Source of the DNA: Amphritea sp.
GTDB taxonomy: Bacteria; Pseudomonadota; Gammaproteobacteria; Pseudomonadales; Balneatricaceae
Assembly: GCF_016744155.1 (NCBI RefSeq)
Contig: NZ_JADGEW010000001.1
Location: 223,714-239,713, forward strand
DNA length: 16,000 bases
Direction: 5' to 3'
Part shown: piece after piece, positions 7,876 through 14,610 of the stretch
Layout of the letters: every line of letters starts with the position of its first letter
Numbering within the stretch: the stretch's first letter is position 1
The notes under the pieces: generated by a model
Database searches by the model: none
The model's input: only the letters and a program-made list of their open reading frames with translations
Told to the model about the DNA's origin: nothing
Program-made: the position numbers and the translations under genes

Positions 7876-8217
7876 ATGAATGAAGAATCGTTGACTAATC
7901 GTTCCTGTCTTCCTTGCGATGGAGGTATGGCGGCGCTGAACCATGATGAAGTTATGCAACTGTTTACCCAGCTGGATTCAGGTTGGCAGCTTGATGCTCA
8001 GAATCGTGAAATATTTAAAGACTTTAGCTTTAAAGGGTTTTATCGGACTATGGCGTTTGTGAATGCGCTGGCCTGGATTGCCAATAGTGAAAATCATCAT
8101 CCCGACTTTGAGGTTGGTTATAACCATTGTCTGGTGCGCTTTAGTACCCATTCGATTGGAGGCTTGTCCGTGAATGATTTCATCTGTGCGGCTAAGGTTG
8201 ATGCGCTTAACCCCTAA
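7876..8217 (+). CDS. Pterin-4a-carbinolamine dehydratase (4a-hydroxytetrahydrobiopterin dehydratase, PhhB/PCD family)
   Basis: The 113 aa protein carries the full PCD catalytic signature HHP-x5-Y-x9-H-x8-D, seen as HHPDFEVGYNHCLVRFSTHSIGGLSVND. GAGGG lies 6-10 nt upstream of the ATG. Confidence 0.9.
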   Translation: MNEESLTNRSCLPCDGGMAALNHDEVMQLFTQLDSGWQLDAQNREIFKDFSFKGFYRTMAFVNALAWIANSENHHPDFEVGYNHCLVRFSTHSIGGLSVNDFICAAKVDALNP

Positions 8218-8354
8218 ACGTAAGGTTGTTCCTCGTAAGAGAGGGTTGCTTGTTCTCTATTTTGTTTTGGTTCAGTTTGTTTCTGCGATAATGACCCCAG
8301 ACGTAATTCCTTCATAACGGCGTTCCAATTTCGATAGAGGGCTCATCGGGATAT

Positions 8355-8984
8355 ATGAAAAAGACTTTTAAATTATTGCTTAGCCTGGGGCTGAGTTTGA
8401 GCTTGGTGGGCTGTGCGACTCTTGACCGAGAAAGCTGCCTGACGGCTGATTGGGAGCTGATCGGGTTTAATGATGGGGTGGTTGGGCGTTCTGCTGAACG
8501 GCTAGAGCAACACCGTGAGGCCTGCTCTGACTATGGTATCGTGCCGCAGATGGAGGAATACCTGCAGGGCTATGATCGGGGTATTGTGCGTTATTGTACT
8601 GCCACTAATGGTTATAAAAGGGCCCGCGCCGGACAAGCTTATCCACAGGCCTGTACCACTAACTTGTTTCCTGACTTTGAGCGGGGTTTTGAATTGGGCG
8701 GTGAGGCTTTCGAGCAGGTTGACCGGCTGAGACGGGCTACCAAGGAGCTTCAGCGATTGGAGAAACAACAGCGTGCGGATGAGCGCGAGGTCAGTGAAAA
8801 ACGTGATCAACTGATAGCGGATGGGATCTCTTCTGATCAGCGGGCCGGATTATTATTAGACATTGATGAGCTGCAACAGCAGGTCGCTGCCCGCTCTCGG
8901 CAGATTAAACAGCACAAAAACAAAGTCGGAATGGAGCGCCGCTACCTTCGACAGTTAGAAACTGATCTTCGACAGCAGTTGTAA
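8355..8984 (+). CDS. Lipoprotein with a Cys-rich N-terminal domain (DUF2799-like, tentative) and a C-terminal coiled coil
   Basis: The signal peptide carries a lipobox (LSLVG|C). The N-terminal domain has repeated aromatic-xx-G-aromatic/x-x-x-G segments (ADWELIGFNDGVVG, EYLQGYDRGIV, NGYKRARAG, FERGFELGG). Four further Cys residues are present. The C-terminal ~90 aa is highly charged with heptad-like spacing. Confidence 0.6.
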   Translation: MKKTFKLLLSLGLSLSLVGCATLDRESCLTADWELIGFNDGVVGRSAERLEQHREACSDYGIVPQMEEYLQGYDRGIVRYCTATNGYKRARAGQAYPQACTTNLFPDFERGFELGGEAFEQVDRLRRATKELQRLEKQQRADEREVSEKRDQLIADGISSDQRAGLLLDIDELQQQVAARSRQIKQHKNKVGMERRYLRQLETDLRQQL

Positions 8985-8990
8985 CGGGAT

Positions 8991-9017
8991 AAAAAAGCCC
9001 TGTCGGGGGGACAGGGC
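8991..9017 (-). terminator. Strong Rho-independent terminator, best oriented for the minus strand (end of the cpxP transcript); may also act on the convergent lipoprotein gene
   Basis: On the minus strand: GCCCTGTC (9017-9010), loop CCCCC, GACAGGGC (9004-8997), then TTTTTT (8996-8991). The stem is 8 bp with 6 G:C pairs. In the plus orientation A tracts flank the stem on both sides, so plus-strand termination should be weaker. Confidence 0.75.
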
Positions 9018-9075
9018 AAAAACTTTACTTAAGAGTAAAGGTTCGATGAAAAAGGGGTGATGAAGGTGAAGTTAA
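8991..9075 (-). ncRNA. Candidate 3'UTR-derived sRNA of cpxP (CpxQ-like architecture); hypothesis only
   Basis: The minus strand reads, 5' to 3': a C/U-rich unstructured stretch UUCACCUUCAUCACCCCUUUUUCAUCGAACC (9070-9041), then a 7 bp hairpin CUUUACU-CUUA-AGUAAAG (9040-9023). A U5 linker (9022-9018) follows, then the GC-rich terminator hairpin and a U6 tail (9017-8991). This is the modular layout of Hfq-dependent sRNAs. E. coli and Salmonella CpxQ is cut from the cpxP 3' UTR. The 5' boundary given here is arbitrary. Confidence 0.3.
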
Positions 9076-9181
9076 ATCTTGAAAATGCTCTCCATAGTTA
9101 GGTCCAGCTGGAGCCTGATTCAGCCGGACCTCTGGTGTTCATAGTTGTTTCCCTATCTATGTTCGTTTGAGTCTTGAGAGA

Positions 9182-9640
9182 CTATCGACGCATCTCTTGA
9201 TATTTCTCCTGCTGTTCCGGAGTCAAAATCTCAAACATCGCTTTCTTCTGTTGCGCCCGCATCTGTATCATTTCTGCGGTTTTCTCTTGAGCCTGAGTTA
9301 CCAATGTAGCAACCTGCTGGTCGTAATCTGAGGCATTTACATCCAGATCACGAAAGGCGTTATGCATGCCTTTCATTCCGCCACGCTGATCTTTCATCTG
9401 ACCGCGCTTATTTTTCATTAGTTCCTGCATCTGGCTTTTTTGCTCGTCGGTTAGTTCCAGCTTGTCAGCCATTTTGGACATTCGCATATGATGCTTGCCT
9501 TCCATCTGCTCATACTTGCCGTGGCGGCCTTCTCCTCCATCGCAACGGTCCCAATCACCTTTAGCTGAAGCGACACCAGCGGTCAGAGCGCCTGCACCTA
9601 TAATTGCTGCTGTGATACCAATAATGAGTTGTTTACGCAT
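9182..9640 (-). CDS. cpxP: Periplasmic stress-adaptor/chaperone of the CpxP/Spy (LTXXQ) family
   Basis: I trimmed the tracked ORF (9182-9769) to the ATG at 9640, which has AGGAG 7 nt upstream (complement of 9648-9652). This start gives the signal peptide MRKQLIIGITAAIIGAGALTAGVASA|KG. Two LTXXQ motifs are present (LTDEQ and LTPEQ). The gene is divergent from a CpxR/CpxA-like pair, with CpxR boxes in between. The longer ORF would run through those boxes. Confidence 0.8.
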   Translation of the reverse strand: MRKQLIIGITAAIIGAGALTAGVASAKGDWDRCDGGEGRHGKYEQMEGKHHMRMSKMADKLELTDEQKSQMQELMKNKRGQMKDQRGGMKGMHNAFRDLDVNASDYDQQVATLVTQAQEKTAEMIQMRAQQKKAMFEILTPEQQEKYQEMRR

Positions 9641-9705
9641 GATCGTTCTCCTGAACATTGTTCGTTTTGATGGATGCAGTATGCGTCGACTCCCTGCTAA
9701 GTTGG

Positions 9706-9731
9706 GTAAAGAGGGTGTAAAGTTTGGTAAA
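9706..9731. promoter_or_regulatory. CpxR~P binding sites (GTAAA direct repeats) in the cpxP-cpxR divergent control region
   Basis: GTAAA occurs at 9706-9710, 9717-9721 and 9727-9731. The second and third copies form an exact GTAAA-N5-GTAAA CpxR consensus (GTAAAGTTTGGTAAA). The first copy lies one helical turn upstream (N6 spacing). The sites are 66-91 nt upstream of the cpxP ATG and 72-97 nt upstream of the cpxR ATG. Confidence 0.7.
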
Positions 9732-9802
9732 GGCTGTAGTAGGTAGGTGAAATTTATCCGTTGCTTCATTACTCTGACACTATCTGAACAGAGATCTTAA
9801 TT

Positions 9803-10504
9803 ATGAATGAAACCGTAAAGCTATTACTTGTTGATGATGATCAGGAGCTATGTGAGCTGATGGGCCAGTATTTAGAGTCGGAAGGCTTTAAGGTTACCTT
9901 TGCCCACAGTGCCGAGCAGGCACTGCCGTTGCTGCAGGATACAGGTAGTTATGATCTACTTATTTTTGACATTATGATGCCCGGTCAGAGCGGTCTGGAT
10001 CTGCTGCAGCAGGTGCGACCTCGTATTACCACGCCAGTGATTATGTTGACGGGAAGAGGAGAGGATATTGATCGGATTATCGGCCTTGAGATGGGCGCGG
10101 ACGATTATTTAGGTAAGCCTTGTAACCCACGGGAACTGGTTGCCCGGATTCGTGCGGTGCTACGACGTAGTGTGCGCCTTCAAGTCGCTGAGTCGGGGCC
10201 CGATCATCTTAGTATCCATGGTATAGAGTTGGATTTTGGTAAGCGGCAGGTGCTTATCGCTGATACGGAACTAGAGCTTACCAGTGCTGAGTTTAATGTC
10301 CTGGCTGAACTGATGCAGGCAGCAGGCTCGATAGTGAGTAAAAATGATCTCACCGAAAAAGTATTACATCGAAAACTGACGGCTTATGATCGGGCGATCG
10401 ATGTCCATGTGAGCCGTGTAAGGCAGAAACTGGCAGTAGTGCTTCCAGATAGCGAGCTGATTAAAACCGTGCGAGGAGCCGGCTATATGCTGGTGAAGGC
10501 TTAA
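9803..10504 (+). CDS. cpxR: OmpR-family response regulator CpxR
   Basis: The receiver domain has DDD and the phospho-acceptor context LLIFDIMMPG. PVIMLTGRGEDIDRIIGLEMGADDYLGKPCNPRELVARIRAVLRRS is closely parallel to E. coli CpxR. The winged-helix segment DRAIDVHVSRVRQKL matches E. coli DRAIDMHISNLRRKL. The genomic context is cpxP-cpxRA. Confidence 0.88.
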   Translation: MNETVKLLLVDDDQELCELMGQYLESEGFKVTFAHSAEQALPLLQDTGSYDLLIFDIMMPGQSGLDLLQQVRPRITTPVIMLTGRGEDIDRIIGLEMGADDYLGKPCNPRELVARIRAVLRRSVRLQVAESGPDHLSIHGIELDFGKRQVLIADTELELTSAEFNVLAELMQAAGSIVSKNDLTEKVLHRKLTAYDRAIDVHVSRVRQKLAVVLPDSELIKTVRGAGYMLVKA

Positions 10505-10520
10505 TGAGGTTATCCGACTG

Positions 10521-11837
10521 ATGAAAATTCGCTGGTATAAGCGCCTGTTTCTAAAAATATTTATGACGGTTTGGCTGACTAGTTTTCTGGTTATCGCCCT
10601 GACAGCTTTTGTTATTGGACATCTGTCTGAGCAGGAGCGTTACCGTGATGTCCTCAGTGCTAAGGCTTTAGGGCAGGCAGAATTGCTGGTTGATCGTTAT
10701 GAGCGTACCGGACGGCTACCTTCTCCTAAAAGACCAAAGGACTGGCGGCGCTTCTATAAGGACCGGGATGATCATCACGAAAGACGCTTCTATCCGCCTA
10801 AGCTGCAGATTCAGGAAAAGTCGAGTGGCCAGATAATTTATGGGGTTAAGGATGATAGGGGGTTTCTTAACCCACTGATTCTGGGCTTAGTATCAGATAA
10901 TGGGAAAGAGTATCGCGTCGTTGTTGAGGCGGATATTCGTCCGACATTGGCTGCCAGGTTATTCGGCTTTTTCCTATCGGTACAGGTTATATTGCTGATG
11001 TTCGTCGCAGGAATCACTGCCCTGCTGATCAGTTTGATGGTGGTGCGCCCCGTTAATCGGCTTCGCCAGTATACCCGCGATCTCTACACGGGAGATCTTA
11101 GCGCCCGAACCGATGATTGTTTGAGTCGCCGAGGTGATGAAATTGGTGAGCTGAGCCGGGAATTTAACCGGATGGCAGAGTATGTAGAGCATACGCTGCA
11201 ATCGAATCAACACTTGTTACAGGATGTGTCTCATGAGCTGCGTGCTCCTTTGGCGCGGTTGCAGATGGCAGCGGGCCTGGCGGGTCAGCAGGTGCCTGAG
11301 GAGGGACAGGAGTTTATCGAGCGGATTAATCTGGAGTGCGATCGGATAAACCGACTGATCGATGAGATTCTTAGTCTGTCACGGTTGGAACAGATGGAAG
11401 TGTCTGATCAGGATTTTGCGTTGAAAACCGTCGTGGATACCCTGGTGCATGATTATCAGTTTAGCGCGCCACAGCACCCTTTAATCTGGACGTCTGTGGA
11501 TTATCGTCTCAAAGGCAATCCAGCACTGTTGGAGAGAGCGCTGAATAATATCCTTGGCAATGCGGTTAAACATACTCCGGATGGCACAGAGATCCGCATT
11601 ACCGCTGAGCAGTCCGACGGTAAGTTGCGACTATCTATTGTCGATAACGGGCCCGGACTGAATCAGGAACAGCTGGATAAAATGTTTAAACCTTTTGTTC
11701 GATTTACCGGGCAGCAGAATGGCTATGGATTGGGGTTAAGCATCGCTCAAAGAGCAGTGCAGCTGTTGGGGGGAACACTGACAGCACAGAGTAAACCCGG
11801 TGCTGGGTTGGTGCTGTTACTGGAGTTCTCGCTCTGA
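10521..11837 (+). CDS. cpxA: Envelope-stress sensor histidine kinase CpxA
   Basis: The layout is two TM helices flanking a ~120 aa periplasmic domain, then a HAMP region. The H-box is VSHELRAPL, the N-box NNILGNAVKHT, the G1 box DNGPGL and the G2 box GYGLGLSI. The gene lies 16 nt downstream of cpxR. Confidence 0.85.
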   Translation: MKIRWYKRLFLKIFMTVWLTSFLVIALTAFVIGHLSEQERYRDVLSAKALGQAELLVDRYERTGRLPSPKRPKDWRRFYKDRDDHHERRFYPPKLQIQEKSSGQIIYGVKDDRGFLNPLILGLVSDNGKEYRVVVEADIRPTLAARLFGFFLSVQVILLMFVAGITALLISLMVVRPVNRLRQYTRDLYTGDLSARTDDCLSRRGDEIGELSREFNRMAEYVEHTLQSNQHLLQDVSHELRAPLARLQMAAGLAGQQVPEEGQEFIERINLECDRINRLIDEILSLSRLEQMEVSDQDFALKTVVDTLVHDYQFSAPQHPLIWTSVDYRLKGNPALLERALNNILGNAVKHTPDGTEIRITAEQSDGKLRLSIVDNGPGLNQEQLDKMFKPFVRFTGQQNGYGLGLSIAQRAVQLLGGTLTAQSKPGAGLVLLLEFSL

Positions 11838-14570
11838 CTCCTGTTTTGCTTGAGGCGAGCCTTTGAGAATGCTGTCTATGGGCTCAGGGCGACTTATCGC
11901 ATAACCCTGAGCATAGTCTACGCCGAGTCGCTTCAGTCGTGCCATGATCAGATCGTTCTCTACAAATTCAGCAATGGTTTCCATTTTCATAATGTGGCCT
12001 ATCTCGTTGATAGAGCGAACCATCGCCTCATCAATGGGATCGGTAATAATATCGCGAACAAACATACCGTCGATCTTAAGTAGATCGACCGGCAGGTTTT
12101 TCAGGTAGCCAAAAGATGACAGACCGCTGCCAAAATCATCTAAAGCAAAACGGCAGCCAAGCTTCTTTAATGATTTTATAAATATTTGGGCGTCTTTGAG
12201 ATTGGCGATCGCGGCGGTTTCAGTGATTTCAAATTTGATCATGCGGGCGGGAACAAGGCCCTGTTCAATACTACGAATAATATATCCAAGCAGTGCATCA
12301 TCCCCTAGAGACTGGCCTGAAAGGTTGATCGCAAGGGCATCTATATGGTCCAGCTGATCAATATTTTTTGTCATCCATTCAAGCGTATTCCCTATGACCC
12401 AGTGGTCGATTTGCACCGCTAGGTTGTATCGTTCTGCGGCTGGCAAGAAAGCACCAGGGGGAACTAGATTTCCTGAGGGGGTTAACAGGCGAATGAGCAC
12501 CTCGTAACCGATTTTCTTATCCTCTTGCAAAGGAACAATAGGCTGGGCATAAAGTCTGAACCTATTTTCATCCAAGGCGGTATGAATTTCACTGGCCCAT
12601 TGAATGTACCCTTTATGAATTAGTTGTTGTTCGTCATTGTCATTATGGATATGAATTCTGTTGCGGCCAGCATCTTTAGCGGTATAACAGGCGGTATCGA
12701 CTTCCTTCATCGCTTCAACGGCCGATTCTGTGTTGTGGTCAACGGCGGTGAGTCCGACACTAATCTCTACCGAGAAGCTATGATCCTCCCACTGGAACCG
12801 AAAACCTTTTAAGTTTTTCATAATGGACTGAAGAACACGTTCAGCCTGAGCAAGACTGGCATTCTCGAAAAGTATTAAAAATTCATCGCTACCTGGTCGA
12901 GCGAGGATGTCCCGGCTACGTATCTTATCCCGAATCAGGTTACTGACCTGTCGCAGCAATTCATCCCCGGCGATGCGTCCACAAGTGTCATTGATAACCT
13001 TGAACTGATCGACATCGATAAAACCGAGGGCATGATGAGAGCGATGCTGCTGCGCCTTTTGTACTGTTAGTTCAAGTTCGTTTTCAAATTGGCGACGATT
13101 GAGTAATCCAGTCAATAGGTCATGGGTTGTCTGGAAATTCATCTCGTCTGAAATGCGCCGAACTTCGGTGATATCTTCCTGCTGGGCAATAAAATGAGTG
13201 ATTTCCCCCTGGGTGTTGGTAATAGGGGAGATGATCTCCTCTGCCCAGTAGAGCTCGCCGTTCTTTTTCTTGTTATGGAAGACCCCCCGCCATTCCTGAC
13301 CAGCGAGTAGTGTTTCCCAGAGGTTTTCGTAAATTTCTGAAGTGGTTTCGCCAGAGTTTAGTATGCGAGGGTTTTTGCCAATGACCTCCTCAGGGTCGTA
13401 GCCGGTTATATCGGTAAACCGATGGTTTACATATTCTATCTGCCCCCCGACATCGGTTATTACTACTACATTCGGACTTTGCTCTACGGCCATGGAAAGT
13501 TTTTTAAGGGTGCTGGTGGTGCTTTGTTGCTCCGTGGCATCGTTGAATACCGCCACCCCCCCGCTAACGTTGCCCTGATTATCCCGCATAGGCACAAACT
13601 CGGCGATCAGGTAGATCTTTTTATGGCCGGTTACCGTGGTGTAAGGGCCTTCAAATTGGCCTATTTTTCCCTGTAGTGATTTTTGTAACGCGCTGAGGAG
13701 TTGCTCGTCCTGTAAGTTTTCGAGCATATTAAAACCGGTCAGAACATCTTCTGTGCTACCTAATATCTCCAAAAACCGCTGATTCATCATGGAAATGACA
13801 GAATTCTTGTCGTAGTGAAAAATTCCGGCAGGAGAATGTTCAATGATTGAACTAAGCTGTTTTTCACTGTCGTGGAGCTGTTGCGTTCGTTCGCCAACAC
13901 TTTTTTCGAGTTCTTTTGCCCAACGCCGTTGGGCCGAAGAAAAGGTGAACATTACCGGGATTAGAAAGAGTAAAAATATGATCGCCAGTCCCATTTGTTG
14001 AGTCAGGCGTTGATTTAGCAGGGCTTCAATATGACTTATTTCAATGTCTGCTGCGGTTACATAAAAAGTACCATCAGATGAGTATTTAGGGATAAATACA
14101 CTGCGGAATCTTCCCCATCTATCCGTGATCTCAAAAAACATCTGCTGACGTTTGGAAAATACGTCTTCTATTCTGGGGTCGACATCATCATAGAGGAGGT
14201 AATAGTTGTATAGATCTTTGCTCGCTTCGAGCTCGGTGTTAGTAACATTGGCGCTGGAGAAATAGATTTTATCTTCCTGTTTTACCAGGGTATAGATGTA
14301 GATAGCCTCGGAGTTACGGGTGTATTCCGTTAATTTAAGGGTGTTTTCGAGGTCGTCAGCCGGATCAATATCGCCCGGTTGCATGCCTTTGTGATGAAAA
14401 CCATCTGGTAGTAGAAGAGGGGCTGCCAGAGCATTTGAAATTAACGCACTATCAATCTTTTGATAGATCCGTTCTTTCTCTCGTTGATAATCCCAGGCGA
14501 GAAAAACCAATATCCAGGCTATATAGACCAGGACTGCGATGTAAACCCGGTTGCTCATTTTAAAAGTCAT
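11817..14570 (-). CDS. Membrane-bound c-di-GMP signalling protein: Cache-like periplasmic sensor, PAS, PAS, degenerate GGDEF (GSDEF), EAL phosphodiesterase
   Basis: TM helices lie at ~aa 9-26 and 193-212, flanking a Cache/PDC-like domain (YIYTLVKQEDKIYFSSAN). Two PAS domains cover ~235-345 and ~355-470. The GGDEF domain has A-site RPGSDEF and I-site RSRD. The EAL domain has EVLIR, N in AINLS, EITE, DDFGSGLSS, KIDG, EFVE and QGY. The start could be Met1 (14570) or Met5 (14558); neither has a clear SD. Confidence 0.9.
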   Translation of the reverse strand: MTFKMSNRVYIAVLVYIAWILVFLAWDYQREKERIYQKIDSALISNALAAPLLLPDGFHHKGMQPGDIDPADDLENTLKLTEYTRNSEAIYIYTLVKQEDKIYFSSANVTNTELEASKDLYNYYLLYDDVDPRIEDVFSKRQQMFFEITDRWGRFRSVFIPKYSSDGTFYVTAADIEISHIEALLNQRLTQQMGLAIIFLLFLIPVMFTFSSAQRRWAKELEKSVGERTQQLHDSEKQLSSIIEHSPAGIFHYDKNSVISMMNQRFLEILGSTEDVLTGFNMLENLQDEQLLSALQKSLQGKIGQFEGPYTTVTGHKKIYLIAEFVPMRDNQGNVSGGVAVFNDATEQQSTTSTLKKLSMAVEQSPNVVVITDVGGQIEYVNHRFTDITGYDPEEVIGKNPRILNSGETTSEIYENLWETLLAGQEWRGVFHNKKKNGELYWAEEIISPITNTQGEITHFIAQQEDITEVRRISDEMNFQTTHDLLTGLLNRRQFENELELTVQKAQQHRSHHALGFIDVDQFKVINDTCGRIAGDELLRQVSNLIRDKIRSRDILARPGSDEFLILFENASLAQAERVLQSIMKNLKGFRFQWEDHSFSVEISVGLTAVDHNTESAVEAMKEVDTACYTAKDAGRNRIHIHNDNDEQQLIHKGYIQWASEIHTALDENRFRLYAQPIVPLQEDKKIGYEVLIRLLTPSGNLVPPGAFLPAAERYNLAVQIDHWVIGNTLEWMTKNIDQLDHIDALAINLSGQSLGDDALLGYIIRSIEQGLVPARMIKFEITETAAIANLKDAQIFIKSLKKLGCRFALDDFGSGLSSFGYLKNLPVDLLKIDGMFVRDIITDPIDEAMVRSINEIGHIMKMETIAEFVENDLIMARLKRLGVDYAQGYAISRPEPIDSILKGSPQAKQESERELQ

Positions 14571-14610
14571 AGACGCAGTATAGATTTTAATACAGCAAAA
14601 GTTTTCACTC

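Noticed and set aside
9060-9101. A 13-codon plus-strand mini-ORF (MKVKLNLENALHS) preceded by AAGGGG, in the region between the lipoprotein gene and cpxP.
   Set aside because: It lies downstream of the hairpin at 8997-9017, and the SD-to-ATG spacing is too short. The purine-rich stretch is better explained as the complement of the C/U-rich segment of the cpxP 3' UTR.
9641-9769. A 43-codon N-terminal extension of the cpxP-like ORF, as listed in the ORF track (start at 9769).
   Set aside because: The extension has no SD and runs through the CpxR boxes. It would bury the signal peptide internally. The ATG at 9640 has AGGAG at optimal spacing and gives a canonical signal peptide.
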